Source: the human T2T-CHM13v2.0 reference genome, Homo sapiens. From it: 64,000 bases of DNA. Under the pieces are notes generated by a model. The model was not told the origin of the DNA and did not search any database. It saw nothing but the letters and a program-made list of their open reading frames with translations. Shown one piece after another: positions 54,050 to 64,000 of the stretch. The DNA lies in assembly GCF_009914755.1 (NCBI RefSeq), contig NC_060942.1; one strand, given 5' to 3'. The translations under genes were made by a program, and so were the position numbers. Position 1 is the first letter of the stretch. The number at the start of each line of letters is the position of its first letter.

Positions 54050-54795
54050 ATTTTTTAACTTTTTATTTAGTTTTTTTCTATAGACTCGCAGATGGTTGTA
54101 AAGAAATGTGCCAGGAAGTCCTGCCCACTCTTCGCTCAGCTTCCCTCCATGCAAATACCTAGCATAACTATAGCGCAATACCAAGGTCAAGAAACTGACA
54201 TGGATACAATCCACAGAGCTCATTCAGATCTCACCGTCTATACATGCACTCATTTGTGTCTGTGTCTGTGCAATTTTATCACGTGAATATCCTCGTGTAA
54301 TGACTATCACAATTAAGATACTCCCTCTTGTCAACACAAGACCCTCTCTTTTTACCAGTTTATAGCCCCACTTCTCCTACCATCCCTAACTCCTGGAAAC
54401 CACTATGTTCTCTGTCTCTATTTGTTATTTCATGAATTCATGTTATTTCATGAATGCTACATCAATCTGACTATACAGTATTTATCCTTTTGAGATTGGC
54501 TTTTTCTACTCAGCATAAATGTCTTGCCATTCATCTAAGTCGTTGCATGCATGGAGAGTTTTTCATTGCTGAGTAGTATTCCATGATACTCAGGTACCAC
54601 AGTTCATTTAACCATTCACCTACTGAAGGAGAAGTGAGTCATTTCCAAGTTTTGGCTATTATGAACAAAGCTGATACAAACATTTGTGTACAAGTTCCTG
54701 CACAAAAATAAATATTTGTATCTCCAGAATAGACGCCCCAAAGTGTAACTTCTAGGTCACAGGGTAAATCAATTTTTCATTTTGAAATGAACTGT
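54050..54795 (-). mobile_element. L1M (MB/MC-type) 3' end fragment
   Basis: gcataactatagcgcaata...gaaactgacatggatacaatccacagagctcattcagat, ttgagattggcttttt, ttccaagttttggctattatgaacaaagctg. Confidence 0.85.
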
Positions 54796-55499
54796 GGATG
54801 CAGAAACAATTTTGAATATTATCTCACTAGATAGAAGCTGGTTTTGTGGTATACCATTTGCTTTTTCTTTCCTCTTAAATATTTCTTCCCAACACCTACT
54901 ATCCTAAATAGGCTGCCCTTCCTCGACTCTGGCTTTTATCATTGAGAGAGCTTATAGTCTTGCTGCCTCCAGGCTTTCCTTGCTCTAACAGTCTAGAACA
55001 ATGATCTAGAAATTAACTTCCAGGGGAAGGAATGGTGTCAACCCATCAGTCCCTGATGTGGCTTTAGGAACCACTTCCACCCCAGTCCTGCTGCTTGCTC
55101 TCTACATTGGAACCACACAGAGTTGCTTAATTATTTAACAGGCAGTGTTTTCTCTCACCACTATGTTATTGTATAATATTCTTTCTTCCCCACATATTTC
55201 TTTTGTGCCACTGATTTGACCAACTAAACACATGGACAAGTGGCAACATGTGCTCACATGAACAGTTCAAAAGCATGTTTGTAAGCTAAGAAAGAGGAAC
55301 AAGAAGCCAATATTCTTAGATGGCATTAAAGAAATAGGGAGAGTAAGTATTTATCATTTGAAATCAAATCCTCAACTGTCAGTCAACAACCTTCTCTGAT
55401 TTCCTAAATCTGGGTCAGGTGACTCCTCTGTGTCTCATGGAGACACATAGAATGGTGCTTATTACAGTTGACTATAAGTGCCTCAGTATCTTTCACTAG

Positions 55500-55790
55500 A
55501 CCTGCACCCTTCAACGTGGTAGCTGCTACCCACATGTAACTACTGAAAACCTGATATTTGGACTAGCCACTAGTCAAAATTGAGATGTACTGGAAGTGTG
55601 AAATGTACACTATATTTTGAAGATTTAGAACCAAGAAAGAGAAATATTTTCATGATACCAGTTTTTGAATATATAGGGATATATATGCTTTAAATTAATT
55701 TCAGCTTTTTCTTTATAGCTTTTTAATGTGGCTATAAGGAAATTTAAAATTACATGTGTGGCTCATAATATATTCCTACTGCACACACTA
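55500..55790 (+). mobile_element. MER33 hAT MITE
   Basis: ggtagctgctacccacatgtaactactga...aattgagatgtactggaagtgtgaaat...tttttaatgtggcta...aatttaaaattacatgtgtggctca. Confidence 0.8.
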
Positions 55791-56801
55791 CATTAGATTA
55801 TTGCCTCTCCACGGATATATATACTTTTCTTTACCAGTTTATGTTCTGCACCCAGAATAGTGCCTGAATGTTGAAAGAAAGTAAGAAAACAAAGACAGAA
55901 GAAAAGAGGGCAGGAAGGCAGGCAAGAAGGAAGAAAGGAAGAAAAAATTCTAGGTTGATGAGATTTCTAAAACTAGGAATGATTCGACATATATAATATT
56001 AAGTTGCCAAGTGCAGAATAAGAGATTCTTCACTTTTCTCTTACTTTTCTGCCACAACTAAATTGACAAGTGGTTGACTTAGGAAATTGAACTTAGAGAG
56101 GCTGATCATTTTGCATCGTATCCCTGGGAAAATTCAGAAATAATTTCTTTTATGAAAGGCTTTAGTAAACTGCATTAGAGAGCTAAATTGTGAAAATCTA
56201 CCAAGCACTTTTATCCAGTTTGGTCAGAAGTTGTCCTCACATGTAGCCGAGTGCCTATCTGGATGTGAAACCGCAGCTGCTGGGAGCTCTGAAGTCGACC
56301 CCACATCCTGCCCAAGATAGATGCCAATGGATTACTTGAATGCCAGAGATGGGTTTTCTTCCATTGTTCCTACCTTCCCTGTGTTATTTTTAAATAATAA
56401 TGAACCCAGATGACTCATGCACAGCCTTGCAGGAAAGGAACAAACCTAAGTGGCATTAATGTATGGTTTGCAGACTCAACTTTTGAGAAAAATCAGCCCA
56501 CCTTGCTTCTGTGTCTCTTTAGAAGACTTTCTTTCCACCTCTGTCTTCAAGTCTAGTGAAGGACTCTACCACATCTGGCCATCAGCAGGGACAGGTGAGG
56601 GAGACACACACCACTTTCTCTTTAATTTTTATTTGGCTTTAAGAAAGTCCTTAAATGAGGATGTCCCCCCCATATTTACTCTTTGTATTTCTTTAGCCGC
56701 GTCTAAGAATACCTGCTTCTTGTTCCTCTTTCTTACCTTTAAACATGCTTTTGAACTGTTCACATGAGCACATATTGCCACCTGTCCATGTCTTTGCTAC
56801 C

Positions 56802-57110
56802 TGTGGCCAAGGTTGCCATGTGTTCACCAAAACCTGTTTCCTTTTCACCTGGGCTAGAAAATAATTCTTGAATTTGTAGTTAGATGTAGCCATTAGTCTT
56901 TGCCAATCAAACACAGGCCACTTCCATATCTGGCTCATATGAACCTTCCCAAGTCATCTTCCATCCTCCGTCCTTCCATGAGCAGAGGACCCAGCAGGGA
57001 ACTCTGAGGCCCTAGGGGTGGCAGAGCTATGAGATGCAGGAGCCTGGTGTTCTGAAGCGCTGCCCAGATGACCACTAGCTGAACAATCACACTGCACAGT
57101 TGTGTAAATC
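56802..57110 (+). mobile_element. Old MaLR LTR (MLT1I/J-like)
   Basis: tgttcaccaaaacctgtttcc, gtagttagatgtagccat, gccacttcc...tggctcata, ctctgaggccctaggggtggcagagc...gagcctgg. Confidence 0.6.
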
Positions 57111-57704
57111 CAGCCCTCCAATAATTGGGAAGAAAGCCCACATTCTTGCTGAGCCTCTACTCTAGAGGAAGTGGATGAAAGAGTTCTGATGTGTCGATTA
57201 CTGTTGACTGACATTAGTAGGAATCCAAGAAAGACAAAAGCACCAATGAGGATTGGCTGGCTTTCCGGCAGAGATCAGAGGAAAGAGCCGCGCATGGTAG
57301 GAAAAGCCACCTGCAAAGAGGAAGAGCTAAGGTGCACACTGGGCTTGAGCCACAAGGGCCCAGCAAAACTTTTCAGTGAAACAAGGGATCTCAGCAAAGG
57401 TTGAATTAGAAGTGTCACCAAAGTCTATTATTTCAAATTAAGCTGTCATTACACTGAGGAGTCATGGGGCCAAAAAAGCCACAGAACAAATCGGGCTTGA
57501 TGATTATGTGTAGAAACAAATGCTGGGTATGGTTATTAAAGCATGGGGAATTAACTAGAAGCAAATCCATGAGATACCTACTGAATTCTGAGAAAATGTT
57601 ACGGACCAAGAAACTTTAAATCCAGTTCTTACTCTTTTTGCTTTTTGATGCTTAAAACAAGTTTTAGGCCCCAAAACTCACCTGATCAGAAGGAAACAAT
57701 ACTA

Positions 57705-57770
57705 TGGGGTTGGTGCAGAAGTAATTACTTTTAATGGCAAAGACTGCAGTTACTTTTGCATCAACCTAGA
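57705..57770. mobile_element. MADE1 (Hsmar1 MITE) with internal deletion
   Basis: ggttggtgcagaagtaattacttttaatggcaaagactgcagttacttttgcatcaaccta. Confidence 0.85.
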
Positions 57771-58189
57771 ATCTCTACAATCTTAGAGAGAACATACCAT
57801 CCTCACTTAGATGTGGCCATGGGGAATAAGAGGCAAAGGATATAAAATAAGAGAGAGGGAGCTCACCCTAGAGAGCAGAGTCAGGGCCTTAACAAGTCCT
57901 CTTGCTCCTGTGTAGGACAGGGGCTGCATAACACCTTGTTTAGAGGATTTCACAATGGTTGGAGACTAGGGCTTCTCTATGTATTCTATTTTTCCTTTTC
58001 CAAATAAAAGTTTTACCATCCCATATGTACCAATACACACGGGTGTGGAAGCAAGGCCCACACATCATCAAAAGATCCCGGCTTTGGCCCTCAATGCTAT
58101 GAGTGGGATCTGGAGCTGTGTACACTGGGAGGTGGGGGTGTATCCTACTGTGGTCAGAAGACTGGAGTGTATGTTCTGGCTAACACAGT

Positions 58190-58618
58190 AGACCATGGCT
58201 GACACTTCGATGTGTTCACAACATCATTTTCCTTCTCCTACTGAGCACATGACTCGTCTGTGGGTCCCAGTCCCTTACAGGCAGGTGTAGCCATGTAATA
58301 GTTCCAGTCAGAGACTGTAGGCAGAAGTACTGGTTTTTTCTTTTAGGACTGACCCATAAAATCCTCCCACAGTGATCCTCCTCTCTCTCTCTCTCTCTCT
58401 TTTTCTCATCTGCATCCAAAGCATCAGAATCAACAGAGGACCCCAGAGCTTGAGGAGACACAGGTAGAAGATGCTTGAGTCCCTGAATCACCACATGAAA
58501 GGCTGCTTGCTGAATACCCACATTGTCTCGTTACGTGAAAAAGAAAGAAACTTCTATGTTAATCCACTCAGATTTGGGGATATTTTACTATAACAGTCGG
58601 ACTACCCTAGCTAATAAA
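58190..58618 (+). mobile_element. MLT1J-like MaLR LTR with (CT)n
   Basis: tcccagtcccttacaggcaggtgtagccatgt, acccataaaatcctcccac, gagtccctgaatcaccacatg, aaacttctatgttaatccactcagatttgggg. Confidence 0.75.
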
Positions 58619-61168
58619 AACCACTTTATCAAATATAACAAAGGCAATAGGAAAAGATATTGTGTAGTTGAATTCTACTCTAAAATTTTATAAGTATAAA
58701 ACACCTGAGTGTTCTCAGGAATCTGGAAACCAATAGAAGGGCAATTTGGTCCCTTGAAGCTTTTCCAAAGGTCTGTAATTTGTGGAAAAGTTGAGTAAGC
58801 ACCCATTCCATGACAAATTTTCTGATAGTCACAGAATACAAGAGGGTCCCTATCCTCAAGGTGTTCACAATCTAGTAAAAGCCACTTTATGTCCACATAG
58901 AGAACTAAATTTATTATGCAGGTATTTTCACTTCCAAAATCTCTGTCATAATAGCAGACAAGGATACAAGGTTAAGAAAATTTCTTTTCCAAAAACATAA
59001 GCAAGTTGCAAACTAAACTTGCTGAAATTTCAAACCCTTTCACATTCTCTCAATATCATCTTGCAAAGTAGACAATAAATGGTCAAAGGACAAACACCAG
59101 AAAGAAGAGAAAGAGAGTCTACATACGAAAATTATCAGCTCAGTAAATAACGTTGATTTCTTTTCCAGCTGGCCCTTCCCAGGATATTAGTCAATCGCAT
59201 ACTAAAGTGATTACAAAGCTCTAGAACTGCATAGAATTTTAAGGATGATACAAAAGGGTTAAGTGGCTAGACCAAGTCTGCTAGGCTAAAAAATGACGCA
59301 GATAAGATGAAAAGCCAAGCTAATTCCAAAATTTGCATTTCCATTAGAATGGTTGTAATCCTATCATCTCTTTGTGCTAGTGAAACTATTAGCAATATTC
59401 ATACCATCTTGAGCAATTATCATCAAGAAAACCAATTCTTATTTCCTACTCTCCTTAGGCAAATCATAGACCCAAACTCTGTATGCATGTAGAAAATCCT
59501 AATCTTTTTTATTCCAGTGCCTCACATCAGAGTAAATAAAGAATCTTATGTCAGCTGCTTAGTCTACATTTTAATCAACCCAGAGATTTTCCCATGCCCT
59601 GATTGCAAATACTGTATTTCAGCTCCCTGCACATTTGAACATCCTATTCCATTTTATATTCTGCTGCAGATTTTGTTCCATGACTTCAAAATCCTAATTC
59701 AAGTATTTTCAAATAGAAAAGAGCAAGGAAATGTTCTAGGCAGAAGCATTAACCTGTGGACACAAATAACTGTTTTCACTGAAGCCAGAGGTGATGTAAG
59801 AATGTTACCATCCTCTTGCAGAAAGAATAAGAAATAGTGAAATGCAAAGGGGTAGAAAGCCTAGCAGGGATTGGGTTGGGGTGCGGGTTTGTTTACAAGT
59901 GGGCTTTTCACTTGCAGGTGAAATGTTTTCACTTATTGTCCATCAGAAGAATGAGGAGTGCTTTTACACTGGGAAGGAAATCTGGAACAAAGGCAGAAAA
60001 GTTGCCTTAAAGCCGTGTTAAACATGGCTATTTGAAATTTTAGGGTGTAAACGCACAGAGAAATATATAGAGTTGTTAGTGCCCTTGATTAACTTAAAAA
60101 GTTAATATTATACATGACAAAAGCAGCCCACATCCTGTTTTATCTTCTTCTGCATCCAAGCCACAGAAGGAAACCAAACAGGGAACACAGCCTGCGGGAC
60201 CTCAGAGACTGAGCCTGCTGTCAGGGCAAATGTGTGATTCTGGAGTCCAACATGCCTCTGTACAACACTGGGCCTCAGCTTCTTCCCTACAAACTGAGAG
60301 ACCTAGAATTGATGCTTATGGTCAGGGTTTGTTTCAGTTCTAATGTTCCATGATTCAGTACCAATTTATTCTTTCTAAATTCAGGAATTGCATATTTTAG
60401 TTATTTCTTATTAATTTTTTGGAATACACATTCAATGGATATTCTAAACTGTTTTGTTTTCTCTTATTTTAACAGCATGCTCTTTCTCCCTGGGATCTAA
60501 AAGTGTCTTGATTACTAATTAATTTGGCTTCCAGTTAGTTATAAATGAGGAAGCTGCTTTTGTTTGATCCTTGGAATTGGGGTCCCATTGTGTTGGCAGA
60601 GCCAAGATTTCGCCTGCCCTTCCCACCTTCGCCTCAGCCCTCACACCCCATCACTTGCAGCTGTTTTCTGTCTCTGGTGTCCTACATCTTTGCCTTGGAT
60701 AATTCTTACCCTGGGCCCCAACTCTCCAATTTCCGGCTCCCCATCCCACCTCCCACATACACTTATTCACCTCAGCCCACTAAACACAGCCCCTCCATCC
60801 ACCCACCCCTATTCTATTGCTGACATGGAAATGAAAATTAAAATCTAAAAACTTTCCTTTCCAAACCTGTGCCATTCTCTCCTCCCACCGTCTTCTAACC
60901 TGAACTAACACAATTTTCCCGTGATAGCACCACCTTCCTCAAAACCCTTTCCAATATAATTTCCTCCGCAGTGTCCCAAGCTCATGACCTAAGGGAGGGA
61001 CCCAGAGCACTGGTATTTCCAGATCATGATTTCACCGCCATCACTCTACAAAACAATTCTAGTTGAAAGTCAACACCATCCAGTTCAACAATCCAGTGTG
61101 CACCCCCACATTACACAACCCCACCGTCATCAGCCATCTGTCATTCAAAAGTCTCTGCTGCAGATGTC

Positions 61169-61703
61169 TGTAGGGGCAGAGAGAGGAAGCTTCCCTTCTG
61201 CCCTCTGAAGGGTCCCTGAAATAAATTCCTAATAGATCAGCAGGAGAAAAAGGTATACAAATGTATTAACATTCATGGGAGCATCACATGGAAGATAAGT
61301 GATAGCCAATAACCCAATGCGATTTGGAAGCTTATATAGACTTCTTCATAGAGGAGAGGGAAATGGAGGCAACCTAGGGAGAGTAAATGGTCTAGAAATA
61401 AAAATAAGAATTAAAAAAAGCATCCTTAAAGAATAGGTACTACCCTGACTAGTTGAGCTGTTAATTTCCAGTCTCTTCTAAGTTAGACTATGATTCCTGA
61501 TGCCTACAACTCTTCCTCAATAGATAACGATGCCCAGGGAGTGTTTTCATGACAATTGGCTTCCTTCTAAAGAATCTGCCTTTAATCAGATGAGGGAAAT
61601 TCAGGAAAAGCCCTCCGTGCATTTGCTGTTTTCCAAATGCCTTCGGTTTGAGGTAATCAACAAATGCAGCATAATTTAAGACACTATTTTCTGGATTCCT
61701 TCA
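61169..61703 (-). mobile_element. ERV1 solo LTR, MER34/MER39/LTR48 group
   Basis: Reverse complement begins tgaaggaatccagaaaatag and ends ctctgcccctaca; caggagaaaaaggtatacaaatgtattaa is the reversed poly(A)-signal region typical of this group. Confidence 0.7.
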
Positions 61704-61991
61704 TGCTCATAGTTAACTTCTCATAAGATTCACAAAGGGCATTCATGGAAAATTCCAAACAAGGCTCTCAAATGAAAGGACCTGATAATCTGTGTTTTCA
61801 ACTATTGCTGATATGATTCTTATGATCAGGTAAAAAATATTGTTACTGCCTTTTGTAATAGCCTTAAAAACATACAGATTAGCTGCTACATATTAGCTAT
61901 TCAGCCTATAGCAAGTTCTATAAAAATGTTCTAAATTCCTTAATATTTAAAATAGGAAAAAAAAAAAACCTAAAGTCTTTTTTTAAAACCT

Positions 61992-62318
61992 GCTGGACAT
62001 AGTGGTGTGTCCCTGTAATCCCAGCTACTTGGGAGTCTGAGGCAGGAGAATTTCTTGGGTCCAGGAGTTCTGGGCTGTAGTGAGCTATGTGGCTGAGGTG
62101 TCTGCACTAAGTTTGGCATTAACACAGTGACCTCCAGCAGCAGAGGACCAGCAGGCTGCCTAAGGAGGGATGAACCATTTAAGGATGAAAATAGAGCAAG
62201 TCAAACTCCTGTGCTAATCAGTAGTGGGATTATGCATGCGAATAGCCACCACACTCCAGCCTGGGCAACAGAGAGAGACTCAATCTCCTAAAAATAAAAA
62301 TAATAAATAAATAAATAA
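61992..62318 (+). pseudogene. Full-length 7SL (SRP) RNA retropseudogene with A-rich tail
   Basis: Contains the S domain absent from Alu: ccaggagttctgggctgtagtg, gcactaagtttggcat, gctgcctaaggaggg, gtgctaatcagtagtgggat, gaatagccac; body 61992-62288, then (A/TAAA)n. Confidence 0.95.
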
Positions 62319-62649
62319 GAGTTAATATTAGTGTCCTCATCAGTCTAATGAGAGAATTAATATTCTACAAATCGCTCATCATGACGCCTGATAACTAATC
62401 ATGACCACCGCTCCCATCCCCCAACTGCTAGTCATTATCACATTCAAGAAGGTCTCAACAAAGGCCTCAGAAGCCACAGTGATCCTCTCCTTACAGCCCG
62501 GTCTTTGGCCTTTTCGACTCTAAAGACTCGAACCTCCAATCTCTTTCAGTTTCAGAGGTCCAACTTTGACCCTTGTGAGGCAGACACTAAAGATTTAAGA
62601 AAGAGAATTACTAAGAGGCAATCAGGTTAAGTAATGAAAAGGACACTGT

Positions 62650-62840
62650 TTATAGTCAGCAGACGTGCATTTGAAATACTGGCTTTGCAAATTAAAGCCA
62701 GTTGCCTTAGACAAAGTTTAGGTTTTTATGTCCCAGTTTCCTCAACTGTACAATGGTGGTAAGTTTGCTTCAATAAGTTGTAAGAATTAAGTCAGATATT
62801 TATATATAGTATGCATCAGGCATTAAGAATATGGTAGCTA
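62650..62840 (+). mobile_element. MIR fragment
   Basis: ttgaaatactggcttt...gccttagacaa...cagtttcctcaactgtacaatgg...gttgtaagaattaagt...atggtagcta. Confidence 0.7.
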
Positions 62841-62872
62841 GGATATTGCTGATGGACTTGATGACACAGGAG

Positions 62873-63570
62873 TGTTGGGGAAACATAATTAAAAAGAAAA
62901 TGTCCTCTCAAACCAGAAACCCTCTCCACAAAGGTGAAAAAGAAAGAAAATAACTTCATTATTTAATCAGCATCTAACTGTAATGCAATGTGCATCACAG
63001 GCAATCTTCTAAGAGATTGCAAAGACAGAAGGAAATTTCACCCTTTTATGTAACTAAGCAGACACAATCTATTCCATGCATGCTCTCGAGATAAGCAGTA
63101 ACTAGCCTTTGAGTAAGAAAACTAGACAGCACCACTTATCACAAATAGCTCATCCTATATTCAATTGGGATGAATCTACTTGAGATGATCATGTGTGAGC
63201 TAACTGCTTCATGCCAAGGGGAAAAATATCTCCTATCTTTATGAGAGGAGATAGTTTTGGAGCAAGCACCCACCTAAGTTAAGATTCCACCCTCCCAAAG
63301 ACACTGGGAGATGAGGGCTATCTTCCTTCCTGATCACATTACAAAGGGATGTTCCCAGTCCCCTGAGAAAAAACATTCCCAGGCCCTAAAACTGACAAAA
63401 GGCTTATTTAGTTTTTTAAAAGGTTTACAGGCATTTCCAAGAGACACAGAGAGAATTCACAAGTTTTCTAAAGTCAATGGTCCAACACAAAGGAGGAGCT
63501 AAGTCTCTTCCTTTATTTTCAATGTGGGAGAATTAGGCCTCCTATTTTAAAATTTGTATTTGCCCATACA
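62873..63570 (-). mobile_element. ERV1 solo LTR, MER67-group-like
   Basis: Reverse complement begins tgtatgggcaaatacaaatt and ends ccccaaca; shares ctttagaaaacttg, ctcaggggactgggaacatcccttt, ctcccag motifs with the LTR at 20525-21067. Confidence 0.7.
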
Positions 63571-64000
63571 ATAGGTGAGCTTCAAAAAGAAGAGAAGACT
63601 TCTAAGAGGAAAGGAGATACAAAGAAACTCAGAACAACAGGAGGCATGTTGGTCCCTCACCAGTCTCATGGCCTGAAACACATCAGCATACCAGCATACC
63701 AAAGTTATAATAGGTGGAGGGAATACCTGCAGGAAATTAAGAGAATAAGAATTAAGCAAAATGAAAATTGTTTGTAGAATCACCATGGAGAAAATGCCAG
63801 GGAACAGCATTCAGTAATAGTTGGTACTCAGGTCCTTGTTCCAAGCATCAGGCCATGCTGCTGATGCCGTGGTAGACAAGAGGAACACAGTCGCTTCCTC
63901 ACAGCAGCTTACAGTCTGAGAGAAAAGACATCACAGTGAAACTATGGCAATGCATTTGCTGGGGAACCATTTGACCAAGCTGCCTCAGCTGCTCTGAACA

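Noticed and set aside
56409-56417. Isolated AP-1 site (atgactcat), and single GAS-like 9-mers near 10573 and 42147
   Set aside because: Single short motifs are expected by chance at this window size.

Overview
Primate (probably human or ape; the species cannot be fixed from sequence alone) non-coding DNA, AT-rich and dominated by transposon fossils. It holds six Alus (all on the minus strand), one full-length 7SL RNA retropseudogene, several L1/L2/MIR remnants, many solo LTRs (THE1/MST/MLT1 MaLRs, ERV1 MER4/MER41/MER50/MER34/MER67-type and LTR47-type) and DNA-transposon MITEs (Tigger3, MADE1, MER63, MER20, MER33, MER45). I can support no protein-coding gene; the listed ORFs look like chance or repeat-derived frames, and nothing here supports a new multi-gene system. 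The most interesting local structures are: (1) a 5x49-bp VNTR inside a MER41-family LTR that multiplies a STAT GAS motif (TTCTGGGAA) five times just downstream of the LTR TATA box; (2) a TSD-flanked, A-tailed retrocopy of an LTR47-terminated transcript 3' end; (3) a ~128-bp nested inverted repeat resembling ancient palindromic repeats; (4) a repeat-free CpG-retaining patch near 32.3-32.8 kb; (5) Alu-like bases in the 7SL pseudogene. Repeat subfamily names come from recalled consensus sequences and need RepeatMasker/Dfam confirmation; boundaries of old repeats are approximate.
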